A stretch of 64,000 nt of DNA. It comes from the human T2T-CHM13v2.0 reference genome, Homo sapiens. The DNA lies in the NCBI RefSeq assembly GCF_009914755.1, contig NC_060934.1; one strand, 5' to 3'. Of this stretch, positions 1 to 12,910 are shown one piece after another; the stretch's first letter is position 1, and every line of letters starts with the position of its first letter. Below the pieces are notes generated by a model. It had not been told where the DNA came from. It searched no databases and saw only the letters and a list, made by a program, of their open reading frames with translations. The position numbers and the translations under genes are program-made.

Positions 1-15
1 TTCCGTGCTGGGAGG

Positions 16-425
16 TGATAGAGTTCAGATGTTTGCTCCCCCCAGGTCTCATGTTGAATGTAATCCTCAGTGTTGGAGGCGGGGCTTGGTGGGAAGTGCT
101 TGCGTCATGGAGGTGGATCCCTCAGGAAAGGCTGAGGAGCCGCCGTAATGAGTGAGTGCCCTCTCTGTTCATCTGTGCAAGGGCTGATTGTGGAAAAGAA
201 CCTGGCCCCTTTCTCCACTCTCTCCCTTTCCTCCTCTCTCACCATGCGATGCCTGCTCCCCTTTCTTTTCTGCCACAAGTGGCAGCAGCCTGAGACCTCA
301 CGGGACGCAGATGCCGGCACCATGCTTCCTGTACAGCCTGCAGAACCGTGACCAAATAAACCCCTTTTCTTTATAAATTACGCGGCCTCAGCGGCTCCTT
401 GTAGCGACCCAAGCCGACCAAGACA
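16..425 (+). mobile_element. ERVL-MaLR solo LTR, MST family (MSTB-like)
   Basis: Starts TGATAG and ends ..AAGACA. Has the MST hallmarks 'tgttgaatgtaatcctcagtgttggagg' and 'gatgccggcaccatgcttcctgtacagcctgcagaaccgtga..aataaacc..tttataaattac'. Confidence 0.85.
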
Positions 426-429
426 GATG

Positions 430-570
430 GCTCATCGCCATCCTTCACCTTACAGAGGAGGCCGCAGAGGCTCAGGGAGCTCAGGGAGCTCAGGGACTGG
501 ACGCAGGCGGCAGAGCGAGTGAAGGATGCAGCCGGAATGGGAACCCAGGCAGCTTGACCCTCTGCCATAA
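430..570 (-). mobile_element. MIR SINE fragment, containing a (GCTCAGGGA)x3 micro-expansion at 470-496
   Basis: 'ccttacagaggaggccgcagaggctcag...gggaacccaggcagcttgac' matches the reverse MIR core (ttacagatgaggaaactgaggctcag...gaacccagg). Confidence 0.6.
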
Positions 571-1740
571 ATCAGCACCCACTGGGGCAGAGTACAGGTC
601 AGCTGAGCACAAGAAAGACGGATAGAGTGTGCTGCCAGGCGGGCCCGGCCCGGCAAGGAAGCATCAGTGGGGACGTAATCTGGGCCCCGGCAGCCCTGGG
701 ACCCGGCAAGGCTGCCCTGCCCAGCAGCTTCCCTGGGAGCAAGAGCAGGCAGCCTGCCACGGGTCCCCCGGTGTTATTAAATAGGGATTCAGGCCACTCC
801 CGGCACAGCAGAGTCCAGAGGAGACTCCCAGTCCAGCGCCCTGCTCTCTCTCTCAGAGCCATGCCCGTCCCAGTGCTGAGCGCAGGCACCCCAGGGACAG
901 CCCAGAGCCCTTGGGACCCGAGCAGGCCTGCTTCCCCTGTGCGAGCATCTGACTGGCACCTCCAGCCAGGCCACGGTATCCCGTTCCAAATGGGCTGGCT
1001 AATCGGGCCGCATCCATTATCATTAGCGCCTCTCTGCACGCAGGTACAGGAGGGGCTGCCAGGCGCTGGCTGCGGCTGGCTGAGCCGGGGACCACGCTCC
1101 TCTGCAAATGCGGACGAGGAACACCTGCTCCAGGGCTTCCAGGCCGCCACAGTCATCCTTCACATCTCATGCAACACTTGTTCTGTCAGAGCGCGGAGCT
1201 GGCACGGGCGGGAGGGGCCCTGGCCAGCCCTGCACGCCCCCTCCAGCCCCCGGTTCCCCTGTTCAAGCTCAGCTTTGAATGGCTTTTCAAAGAAGCCTTT
1301 TAAAAATGTATCCATCATGTATCAGCCATTCCGTCATTATGCCAAGAGTTTAAAAATAAGCATGAAAAAAATCCTTACCTTGAAAATAAACTTTTTTTGG
1401 CAATGAAGGCGGAGTGGTGAAATATTAATTGTCCACGGATGGCATTCATCCTCATTACACAATGCGGATGTGTTTTCTCAGGATTTCCAAGGAATGGGCC
1501 CTTTCACAGCTGTGGGCAGCCAGGGATCATTCTGGGCACAAACGATGTCCCTGTATCTTAGAAGAGGCTGAACTTTTCTAGACAAAGCCAGCATCCTGAG
1601 ACCCAGAAGGGACGTGCCTCAGCTCAGCCCTGCCACGCCGGCGGCTCCACAAACCTTCAGTGCCACGGCTGGGGAGCCTACTGGGCCGCCTCAGCCTGTT
1701 TCCATTGGTCTGTGAGGGAAATTCAAAGCCATCCCCCCCC

Positions 1741-2467
1741 CACACACACACGCACTTATGCGCTTATACACTGGCATACACAGACACACACACGGACACA
1801 CATGCAAACACATACACACAGACACACACATTCACACATAAATTCACACACAGGCACACACAGACACACTTACATACACAAACAGATACATACACACACA
1901 AACACACTGACATACACAAGACATACAAACACACATTGACACACACAGATTCATACCCACACATACACACTGGCACACAGACACACACATACACATGGAC
2001 ACACACACACACTGACACAGACACATACACAAACATGCATAAACACACACAGGCACACACAGATACACTCACATACAAACACACACATACATACACACAA
2101 ACATACACACAAATACACACTGACCCACAAACACACATACTTATACACACAAATACATACAAACACATACATACACACAGTCACACACAAAAACATACCC
2201 AAACACACACAAACACATATCCATACACACTCACACACATACACACAACACATACCCACACATTCATAAACGCAAATCCACACGCACTCACACACATACC
2301 CACAAACACATGCTCACACACACAAACCCACACTCACACACAGAAATACATACACTTACTCCCAAACAGATACACACAAACACAGGCAAACACACCCCCC
2401 CACACACACCCACATACATTCCCACACAGTCTCACACATACACACTCGTGCAAATGCATATACACAC
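1741..2467. repeat. Long degenerate (CA)n/CATA low-complexity tract
   Basis: About 730 bp made almost entirely of cacacaca/catacaca/cagacaca units. It is the source of the His/Thr and Val/Cys ORFs. Confidence 0.95.
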
Positions 2468-3109
2468 CTATTTTTTCTAGTTGAATCTGCGTGGGAGCCT
2501 GAAACCTGGAGACACCCAGAGCTGCACCATTGCCTACCTGCATTTCCACCAGCTGCCACAGCCCACCGTGGCCCTCCCCTGGGATCTGGGATTGAGGCCG
2601 TCTCTGAGGGTTCTGGAAACTGTCCCTTGGTTTCTCCAGAAAGCCAGCCGACTGAAGTCTCATCCTTTCTGGGCGACAAGACTTTTGGGACCCAGAAAGC
2701 ACCTGTTCAGGTCGTTCAAGTGGAGCGGTCCTCCCTTTGCGATAACTGCTGTGGGCCCTGACTGCCTGGTAGCCGCTCCACCTGCCTCCTGTTGGCCCTA
2801 GGAAAGCCACAAACCCTGTCTCAGCTGTCTTCAGCAGGCAGAGGAAGAGCGGCTGCCCCACGGTGGCAGAAACCCACCCGTCCAGGGCTGTGGTCTTCCC
2901 TGTTGGGCAATTCTGTTCGATCCCTACCTTACTCCTGAAACACATTGCACCCACCTGGAGATCCCACCATATCTTACAGTTTGGGCTTCCCTGACTCCTC
3001 CATGGCATCAGGATGGTGGCTGCACTCAGGACCTTGGGGACCACAGATGCATATTTGGGATTAAGCAGAGCAACGGGCCAAGGTTAGGGAGTTGGTAGAC
3101 CTTGGCCAA

Positions 3110-3290
3110 CTGGCAGCTTCAATTGTATTCTCCTGGCTGTGTCCCCCCTGGGGAGGGACTTCACTCTTCTAGGCTTTGGTTTCTTCACCTGTAAATGGCA
3201 ATGCAGATATTTCCCTCATAAGAGCATTGTGAAGATTTAACAAGTTCATGGAACAAAGGGTATTGTGGATGCTCAATACACAGCAGCTTT
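3110..3290 (+). mobile_element. MIR SINE
   Basis: 'ggtttcttcacctgtaaatggcaat...cctcataagagcattgtgaagatttaa...gctcaata' matches the MIR core and 3' tail. Confidence 0.65.
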
Positions 3291-5479
3291 GTTCCTTGAT
3301 TCCTGTAAAGGTGATCTGCCTTGGTCCACCAGGCGTGTTCTTAGGAAAGAATGTGGTCTCGGTCATTTCTACTGTTGTGTAAATTTAAGCAGAGATATTA
3401 TATACTTAGTGGAAATTTGAATTTTGGGATTGTTTTAGCTGAGTAATATGAGACTGTTCTCTCTGTGGCCTTGTAGGTATCAGTTTCCAGGGTAAAGGGG
3501 AGAAGGTTACTGGGCACAGGGCTTTCCAGAGGTCACAGTCTGCCCCTGGGGCTCAGGTTTGAATGGATTTCAAGAGAATGCCCAATGCTTACAGAAAAAC
3601 GTGAAGTCTGGGGAAGTTGGTGGACGGCATGGCAGGAAGGGGCCTCTGAGGCGAGTAGCCTTGTACACAGCAGGTTCCTGCAACCTTCCTAATCGTCCAG
3701 TGGCTCTAGGGTTCTTCTGAGTGCCTTATGGACAGCTCCCCATGTTATTCCTCCCATCTGTTTCTATTGTCATTGGCCCAGTGAGCTCCAGAATCCATTG
3801 CCCATTTGCTGGTTCACTCTAAGAGTAAAACTCCCTGCAAGCGTTTGAAACCCAGCCGCGCGTGTTTGGATGGAGACAGCCGGAGCACTCTCACTGACTG
3901 CCCAGTGCTGCGAGTGGGTGTGCCCCTGCCGGGCGTGTGTGCATGTGTGTCTATGCAGGTGTGCATGAGTGTGTATGCATGCACATGATAGATAAAGAGA
4001 TATGAAGAGCTAGACGATACTTTGCCACCAATGACCCAAACCTTTCTTTGACCTTTCAGGAGTTTTTCAAGTATTTAAAGAAAGTGAACATCCCTTCCAT
4101 TGTTCTTTTTGCTGGTTTACCTCACTGTATGCACCTGGCAGGCTGTAGTCAGGGGTCACTCCGCTGGAATGTACTGTATTGAGTATTGGGTACTTGGGTT
4201 GGAGGCAACAATGATGCACAGGGACTCTTGGCCTTGGGTAAATAGAGCAATATCCGTGGATTTTTCCATGAAATGCAGGCTCGCCTGTAGCCCCCAGCTC
4301 ACTGTGGAGACAAGGTAGGTAAGTAGCCAGCCAACTTTGATTACACCACAAACCACTAGATGTGAAATCCATGTGGCCTGTTCTTGGAAGTCTTGACTTG
4401 GCAAGGAAGAGCTCAATTCCTCGCCATGTCCCGGGAGGAGCTGAATGTGCAACCCACGCTTTGCCTTTGCATCTCCTTAGCACATTTTAATTTATACCCT
4501 GCCTTCTCCCGAAACAACTGGGGGAGACTCTGCCTCTCACGAAGTGGGTGGTTGGCTTTCAGGGGACAGTCAAGGTGGATGTATCACTCGAATGAATGGA
4601 ACCTGCCAAGTCTTTGCATTTCCAGCCCAAACCTAAGCATATCTATTGTGGGTGTCATTCCTTCAGACCACTCAGCAGGGCCCACCTGGGGGCATGGGTG
4701 TTCTGAGCTTTCCCAGGTCACCCTTATAGGAAAAGGCCACTTACCTTCTTGGTCATATCGGTAAGTATGTGATAATTCAAACTCCACCCTGCTTTTTGCG
4801 TATAAGATAAAGGCCGACACTGAATTTTTGTTTACACACAGAGTTTTTTTTAGTGTTCACTCTGACATTAGCTGTTTTCTTGTTGTAACATCTTACTATT
4901 TTATTGTAGTGTGTGTGTGTTTAGTGAGTGACAAGTCAACATGGTAGTAGAAAAGCCAGCCTTGGCGAAGGTGATGCAGTGGAGCAGCTGCCCTCCTGGC
5001 TCACACTGGGCCTCCCTTCCTCTCTGCCTTGCACCTGGAGCCCCATGGTGCTCTTCTCTGCACGTTTGTCCACGTTCCTGTGGTAATTATGTAATCTAGG
5101 TGAGGGAGGAGTCGTGGAAAATTCCTTCTTGTAGACGACAAACCTGAACCTTACAGGCAGGGTCAAGACCCAGCCCCAGGTCTCTGTCCTCATGCGGAGA
5201 GTCTCCAGCAAGGTTTGCAGGGAAAATATGGTGGTCTCCTTGCTTTGATCACCTTTCTTTTCTCCCAGAGACAATGGCCACAGCAGTTTCTCACTGGCTA
5301 CCACCCAGGCAGGAGCTCACCCTGGTGATGAGCCGCAGGGTCCCGGCCTGGCCTGGTTGGCCCGTCCCCCTTCTGCTTCCAGCCAGGGCTCTGACCCGCA
5401 GGCCAGCCATGGCCTTGTGGAAGGCCCAGAAACAGTTCTCCAAGTAAGATGCCATTGAAGGTGGGATGACAGCCCTTTC

Positions 5480-5692
5480 TCTACTGAGTGTGAGCACTTG
5501 GCCACACTGTCCCATGGGATCCCGCCACAGTCATGCGTGGTGTCACTCCCACTGTCACTCCCACTCTACAGATCAATAAACGGAGGTGCATGAAGAGAAG
5601 GCGCAGGCTTGGGGATGAGTGGCTGTGCTATCATAGAGCTGGGCCTTAAACCCTGGCAGCCTGGCCTTAGAGCCTATGGTCACCATTCTGCT
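5480..5692 (-). mobile_element. MIR SINE, with an exact 12-bp tandem duplication TGTCACTCCCAC at 5541-5564
   Basis: 'cccactctacagatcaataaacggagg...agagctgggccttaaaccctggcagcctgg' matches reverse MIR. Confidence 0.55.
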
Positions 5693-6519
5693 AGGGATGT
5701 CTCAGAAGGAGAGAGCCCCTGGGTCTCTGGGATGATCTCCCAGGCTTCATTTTTTTAGATGCATTTTCATTGAATTTGGGGTCTTCTCTCCTTTAAAAAA
5801 ATGGCCCAAAAGCCATCGTTTGGGAACAGCAAAGGATCCTCTGCTCTTTGAAAGCCAAAATCCTTGAGCTTAGCAAATTGCCTCGTACACAGATCAGACC
5901 TCCCAAGAAAAAGGGCAGCAGGGTGGTGGCTGGAGCTGTGGCAGCACCTCGGTTGGTGCCCTGTCGCCTGCAGCACCAGCCCGCAAGCCCCGGGGGTGTC
6001 CTGGAAATCTGCCTTCCTGGCCACCACTCCTGACAGCCTGGTTTCTTAAGATGACAGAATGTAAGGTGGAAAAGAAGGCAGCATAGGGAGCTCGAAACTA
6101 CTGCTCCGGACTCCCCTAAGCCTTTCCACAGGGCGGTGTTGGCAGGCTGTCCAGCCACCCTGGCCCGCGCCGCAGACAGGACTTCCTGGGAATCCAACAT
6201 GGGGGCGAGACAGGAGTGGTTGGTATAAACAGTGACTTGCTCAGACCTGTTTCTAAGGAAGGAAGGAGAAGCTAGCTGGGCTCCAACCCCCTGCGGTGTC
6301 GTCTGACCCCACCTCAACACACACATTTCTTCTCCCTGCCTGTACAGAGGCCAGGCACCCAGAACTCCCTGAGAGACCCACCACGCCTCAGCCTGCCACC
6401 CCATTCCCCTGAGAAAGAAAAGCCAGCCGAGGAGGTTTGGGTTTTCTCAGGTACAGACGCTATGCACCGCGTCCCCTGAGGAGCCCGGGCAGTGGCGAGC
6501 CGTCCGGCCCCTCCGCTGC

Positions 6520-7020
6520 GTGTGTGGGGATTAATGTCCCGGCGTGGCAGGTCAGTGCAGTGTGCAGAGGCCAGTATTAATCGACAGATTAAAGCCAAGG
6601 AAAACCTGGGCAGGTGAGAGGAAGTCTCTGAGCTTGATCAAAAACATATTTCTGTTTCAGGTCTAAATAATGGGCTACGGGGAGGCACGTCTGTAAATTA
6701 TACAGGAAGCCTTCTTCAACAACTGATTCACCCTGACAGTTTTACTGGAGTATATGAAAATGAGTATTAAAGATGTGATCTGTAGGCTTCCTTCCAGGAA
6801 TTCCAATCTGGTTTCAATAAAATGGGAACACTGATTGGAAGTGAAGTTGCCTTCCGGTTTTGCCTTTGGCTATTACGTGCTCGTTCGTGAAATGACTGAA
6901 TTCCACAACTACTTTTAATATTCACCTTTGAGTTCATCTCCCGCACTGGACACATTGGAATGATTAAAATAGCACTGGCTCCCCATGCTGGGTGCTCTCT
7001 AATTTAAAACAGCCCAGGTA
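6520..7020. promoter_or_regulatory. Candidate conserved non-coding/enhancer block
   Basis: No recognisable repeat. Several TAAT/ATTA cores (ggattaat, gtattaatcg, gattaaa, ctaattt), a TGACAG and retained CpGs. Conservation is inferred, not measured. Confidence 0.35.
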
Positions 7021-8297
7021 GGGGCTGAAGACAAATGAGTCCTCCTGGTAAGTCCATTCGTTCTTTGCATGAAGTTGCTTTGTGGCACATTGAGGGCAGA
7101 ATATTAAAAGTAAAAAAAAAAAAATTAAATTAAATAATGCTCCTTGAGTAGATGCCTGAGGGAAAAGATTAAAGTTTGGTGCAAGGCAGAACTTGTAGTT
7201 TGTGTGGGATTGTTCTGGTTGCATTTATTTCTGAGCTTTTCTGCTTAGATTCTGTGCCTGCAACTGCAGTAATAGCCAGGAACCCGGGCTCCCTAGGGAT
7301 GCCTTCCTCTTGGTCAGCCATGTGCTCTGACATGGCCTTGGTAAGTCGTTCCCAGCACGGGAGTGAGATTTGCCTTGAGCCACCTGCAGCTCGCCACCTC
7401 TCTTCTGCTCCTCAGGCCCTCCAGGGCTCATTCTCAAGAGGGCACTCTAGGTTAAGGAGCTCAGAGTGCCACCAAGAAGAGGGAAGCTAATTGGTTGATC
7501 CTTCCAGCACACTCCCAACAGAGACCCCCTTGCACCCCACTCTAATTATGGGGCTTATAGGCCACAGGTGTGTTTTCTATTCAACTTCTCTGGGATTTAC
7601 TAGAGAAGGTGGATGAGCTATTTTGCTTCCATTTCTGTGCCAGAGTTCTCCCAGCTGGGAGGAAAAGAAAGGTGGTAGGTCTCACACTGCCTCCCCCATC
7701 ATTTATTCATCCAGAGCTATTATAGGATTTTCAGTAAGGAAAAAAATGATACCTTGGGAGATTGGGCACCACTGGGAGACATGCATTCATTTTGAAATGT
7801 TTTTGTGAGATTGCAAATGTTGGCCTTTTTTATGCAAAATTCACATTTAATTTTCTCTGATCTTCTTCAAAAATCACAAAAATAGTCTTCATGCATTTAA
7901 CTTGGTATGAAACTGTGTTGTGTTTATTGTTTTCTAGCTGGGGATAACTTAACAGCCTGTGTTTTGGTTTCTAGTGTCTAAGAGTGTGGAACACCACGTA
8001 CCTGTTGAATACCTCCAAGACAAATCCCATTTTTTAACCTGATGGACGAGGTATGCTTATGTGTTGGAATTAAAGGCATCTTTCCCCAGATATCAGTTGC
8101 CTCCTCTTGGGCCAACCAATGTGAAATGTGGACAGTAGCAGTAACGTCTATCCTTAATGCAGAAATTCCCCCATGATGGTGATGACCCAGTTAGATGGAG
8201 ACTCACTGCATTTAAAATCACTCCTCCCAAGTACTGTTTACAAATGTAAGACTCTCTGGTTGCCATTCCTAATGTAAAGTATGGTGGCATTGGTGAG

Positions 8298-8491
8298 CAC
8301 TGTGATGTTAACACAGCCGCACAGGGTTCTATACATTTAAATTAATGAAAATTAAACAAAATTTGAAATCCAGTTCTTCAGTCACACAAGCCACATTTCA
8401 CGTGCTCAACAGATGGTCAGTGACTACCATATTGGAAAGCTCAGCGATAGACCATTTCCATCATTGCAGAAAGATCTATTAGACATTGCTG
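8298..8491 (-). mobile_element. MER3 (hAT-Charlie non-autonomous DNA transposon)
   Basis: The reverse complement reads 'cagcaatgtctaatagatctttctgcaatgatggaaatggtctat...ccaatatggtagtcact...tgagcacgtgaaatgtggct...ttaattttcattaatttaaat', matching the MER3 consensus. Confidence 0.85.
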
Positions 8492-9459
8492 GGTTCAAGT
8501 TTTATCATAATCCTAAGAAAATCATGAAGAAGATGAGGTCTCATTCCAGGCCAAATTTAATTGGAACCCTGCAATGTGAGAGTGGACCTGTGAGCTGTTG
8601 ACAAACTTTGATGAAAGTGGAAATTTCCCATGTGGGACCCGAGACTAAATCTGACCCAGAGTATTTTGAAGATGAGGTTGGCTAACGATGGTTCTGCCAA
8701 AATACTTGTGACTGATCAGAACAGAATGGAATTCTGAACAGGTGCAATATCCCAAGTACTCAAGAACTCAAGTCCCTGATGTTAATGGCACAGGAAAAAT
8801 GTTTCTCATTTTCTGCGACGTTATTTTTTATTTGGTAACTCTTAGATGTTTCTTGCTACATATGATTGCATCTTGCACCTAGGAAAGCACCCCTCTGCCA
8901 GTTCTGAGCCCCCTCGTTCCGGGGCTGGGTGATGGATCCTCCAGAGTGCATCCCAACCTCATCTCATTCTTGTGCTCGGCTGGGATAACACTTTATTTCT
9001 AGCATTCTACACTTTTTTGAGATATGGACTCTGTGCAGAGATATTCTTTTTTATACACTGAAGACAACACAGAGCACCTCTCTGCTCATCCTAAAGGCCA
9101 GCAAATTGGATGGAGGGCCCCTTATAAGCCCAGTTCCGTGTCTAAATGTACCCGGCCAGGGTGGCTCTCCCAGTGGCTCAAGCCCCTAAGGACCTCTGTT
9201 CTCTGTTCACCTGCCTTGAGCTGGTTACACAGAGGTCAGGCCAGGGACTTTCCTGCTGTCAGAGCATATCTAGCCCAGCTAAGCCACATCACCAACAACG
9301 GACAGTGGGTGTGGGCACCATTGTGTGGAATGTGCCATCACATAGTCCACGGTACGGGCAAGTATGGCAGGGTTCTGAAGATGTCAATTAGAGGGGGTGG
9401 AAATGGTCAGGGTAGACCCAAGAGAGCAACGATGCCTGGATGATCAGTTTTTGTTAGTC

Positions 9460-9690
9460 AGTAGTTACCAAGCACCTGCCATATTCCCGGAAGTGTGCTA
9501 GGCACCTCCTTAAGTTTGTTGCTTTTAATTATTGCAGGATGCCCTGATGTTAGTACTGTCATTTCCAACATGCAAATGAGTAGGTGACGCTAATAGCTTA
9601 CATAACTAGTCCTAAGTCACACAGCTCAAGATCTGCTAAACTCAGACCTGAGTTCCATTGTCCTTAAGGCCGAAGTTGAGTACTACATGG
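9460..9690 (-). mobile_element. MIR SINE
   Basis: 'aagcacctgccatatt...gtgctaggcac...atgcaaatgag...aactagtcctaagtcacacagct' matches reverse MIR. Confidence 0.55.
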
Positions 9691-10281
9691 TGGGGTGCTA
9701 ATGGGTTTGGTTGATAGAGGAAACTCCCCAAGGAGGAGTCAGAGTCTGGCACAGATTTCCCGAGACTTGGGATGAGTGAGGGAAGCCATCCAGGACATGA
9801 GCCCGGGTCACCTGCTAGTTGTGGGATTGCACTGTGTGTTCTCGGAAAACGGAGCCAGCCACCCCAGGCCCATCTCAGTGCATGAACAGGGGCTGCTCCT
9901 CCCTGGGACTGGAGAACCAGTGGGCCCTGAGAGCACCTTCTTGGTCCTCCTGTCCACTTTCATTTTTGGAGAAGTTGCCTGAGGCCAGGATTGGCAGAGC
10001 TGGTTAAAGCCACGCAGAGCCAGAGGTGAAACCCAGGTCTCCTGCTGTTATTCCACATAAGAGCCCACTGGAGTTTCAGCCCAAAGACCAAGACGTCGGG
10101 TTTGTCCTTGTTGCCAGCAAGCACTTCAGGGCCTGCCAGACTCTCTTGGGAGCCACACCTGCCAGCATGGGCACAGTGGCTCCTGCAGGTGGACTTTTCA
10201 CTACAGACTGGGAGGTCTGAGTACCTGCTTCCATCTGGATCGCCAGGGACTTGGTAGGATTCTATCTGCATGGGTGAGGCA

Positions 10282-10286
<5 letters not shown>

Positions 10287-10326
<40 letters not shown>
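10287..10326. repeat. (GT)20 perfect microsatellite
   Basis: Uninterrupted gt x20. Confidence 0.97.
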
Positions 10327-10329
<3 letters not shown>

Positions 10330-10744
10330 GTTTGGCATGCAACCCTCCAGAATTGGGTGAGATTTTGGAGTGCTTGGAAGGCCTGGATCTCCCAGCCGCA
10401 GGCTCTGCACTCAGGGCTTTGCTGTTAGCATTGGGAGAACCCAGAAACAAAGATGCTTTTGCTGCAGCACAGGGCGCACGGTGTGTGCTTTGCTTTTAGC
10501 TGTATTATGTGTGGACAGGAGGATCATCATGGTCTGCTTAGGCCTTTGAAGTTCTTAATCCAGTCCTGGTGATTGGGAAATATTTAATCAATCCATTGCT
10601 GACAATCTATAGAAGCTGCAGTTATAAAGCTAAGATGATGTGCACGGTCTCCCAATAAGTCAGCTAGAGATTTTATCTGGGGCCCCTTCCAAGTCAGTAC
10701 ATTTTCTCACACGTGTGCCAGTGTGACCCACATCTTGCCCTTCT

Positions 10745-10932
10745 CATATCACAGCCCAATGACACTTTATTTGCAATATTTAATTGTTTGCTCCCTGCAA
10801 CTGAACTGTAAGGGTCGAGAGGACAGAAACTGAGTCCGATTTGCTCCTGGTTCTATTTTCAGTGCCTGGAATGAGCTCTGTACACAGGCAGCTCCTTGGT
10901 CTCTGCTGAATGAATGAATGGCCGGGAATGAA
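10745..10932 (+). mobile_element. LINE-2 3' end
   Basis: 'actgtaagggtcgagaggacag...cagtgcctggaa...ctgctgaatgaatgaatg' is the L2 tail ending in (TGAA)n. Confidence 0.7.
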
Positions 10933-11399
10933 TGCCATCATGTGCTTGGCCCCATGGGGGAAGACTGCACCATGACCATACTCTCACATCCCGAAAGTTC
11001 CAGTGCTCCACGCTCTCCCTGCAGACCCCATTCCCTAGCCAGCTCCTCCTCTCCCTGTGCCTGCGAGTTGTATCCACATTGCTTGACACCTGAAAGAGGT
11101 TGTGGGCAACCCGGCCCAGCGCCCCTGATCAGCCATTTGCATCGTCTGCAGTGCTCCAAGCCCCCAGCACGCGGGCACTCCAGGCTGATCCAGGCTAAGC
11201 ATGTGTTCATAAAGGCTTCCCCCTTTCTTCGGAAGAACCTCTCCTTTCCTCTCCAAATCACTCTGGCTGCTTCTTTGAAATGCCAGAACAGGGATGGAAG
11301 AAAACATCAGTGCAGCGGCTGCTGCTTCCGCTCTGAGAGGCTCAGATCTCTGAATGCTGAGGAGGGGCTGCATTTGGGGTGACAGTATCTTCTCCGAAA

Positions 11400-12120
11400 T
11401 CTTCATCCACAGTAAACACTGCTAACTACCAACTCATAAAACATATCAGCTGGGTTTATTACTTTTAACCATCTTTCCAATTGTGCTATAAAATAAAGGC
11501 AGATGCCATTTTAAGATCTTATTATTGTCAAGGGCCGGCTTCTCCAGCAGCACCTGCTTAGCAGCAGTCTGCTTGTTTATGGCTCCTTTTTTTATAGGTG
11601 ACAGTTTAAGGTGGCTCTTCTCCGGTTACAAAGAGTTCTTCCTGACGGCACAGAAGTGGCACGCACAGTAGGTGGGCCCCGGCTTCCGCTGGCGGTGCCG
11701 AGGCAGGGTCGCAGGTTCACCTGGGTTTTCCGTTGACAGCCTCGCCACACACATTTGGCTCTGCCAAATGCTCTGCCATTAATTTATGATTTAAAGTAAT
11801 TAACTTTTGCTGATTAAAGTAATTATTTCAAGTGCATTGCACTCGGGCCCAAATGATGCACACAGCCCCCTCTCCAGTTTGAGCGAGCAGCATGCCAAGT
11901 GCTTAAAAGCTGCACCGGGGATCTCAGAGTGGCTTCTGCCCGTCTCGTGGATCTGCCATGTTTATGGCTGACTTGTACTAACTGCTCATTTTAATGCTGG
12001 ATTCTGGCAGAACGTTGACACAGTGTGAAACCTTCATCCGGTAAACAAGACAAGCTTCAGCTTGGTGACACCGATGACAGTGGAAGCCGTTTAAATGAAT
12101 CTTGCCTCCAGCCTTCCAGA
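11400..12120. promoter_or_regulatory. Candidate developmental enhancer (Forkhead, HOX/CDX and TALE motif cluster)
   Basis: GTAAACA at 11412 and 12041; TGTTTATGG at 11574 and 11959; CTCATAAAA at 11433; TGACAG at 11599 and 11734; TAAT-rich core at about 11777-11826; no recognisable repeat. Confidence 0.45.
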
Positions 12121-12719
12121 GGTATCATGTTTTTGTGCTCTCCTGCTTACCCAGGTTGGCCCTTAAACAGTGTACAGCTTCATCTGGCCTCAGCCGAGAG
12201 TGCAGAACATATGCACGGTGGGAACCCAGCCCCACGCCCTGAAATTCAGCTGCAGCCCAGCACGGACCCTCCACTGGGCCCTCAGGGCCTGGAGAGAACA
12301 GGCTGGCAGCCAGTTGCTTCCCAGGAGAAGCTGGTCTCTGTTTAGGGAAACGTCTGCAAGGTAATGGAGAGAGACACAGATGAAGGGGGCTTGCGGGTGG
12401 GGGCTTGCCCCATCACTTCACATCAAAAGCACTTTCTTCCCTCGTGCCCAGTGGGGCAGGGAATCAAACACTGTGGTCAGTGACTTCCCTAGCAGGGAGA
12501 CTGCTGCGGGCAGGAGCAGAGGAGCTGAGCGCTGGGGTCTCAAACCCCACCTTCCTCCCATTTCACTTGGGGGTGAGCCAGAGCCCAGCCTCCTTTGCAC
12601 AGAGCAAGCGGAGAGTATGGGCACAGCACTGTCAATAGAAAACTGCGTGTTTGGACCACCAGGCTGAACAAGGGCACAGGAATCCTTTGCTTCCGAAAAT
12701 CCTGCAAAAACAGTCATCA

Positions 12720-12910
12720 GAACTGTTCCCACTTTTTGTGCACCTGGTGTAGGCCAGGGATTGAGCCAAGCGCTTTGCATACATGAGCTCATGGAAGCTT
12801 CGCCGCAGTCCTAGGAGGCGAGCCGTGCTGCCCCACCTTCCTGGTGAGGGTATCTCAGAGAGGCGAGGAGTCACCCAAGGTCACTTAGTGAGCAGAACCA
12901 GGCCCTTCTC
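12720..12910 (-). mobile_element. MIR SINE
   Basis: 'gccaagcgctttgcatacatgagctcat...ctcagagaggcgaggagtcacccaaggtcac' matches reverse MIR. Confidence 0.65.

Noticed and set aside
627-1406. 259-aa ORF in GC-rich DNA
   Set aside because: Non-ATG start, Pro/Gly/Ala/Arg composition expected from the GC content, and no recognisable domain or exon structure.
1660-2484. 274-aa His/Thr-rich ORF and overlapping Val/Cys-rich ORFs (also at 33.1-33.5 kb and 47.6 kb)
   Set aside because: Translation artefacts of stop-free CA/TG repeats.
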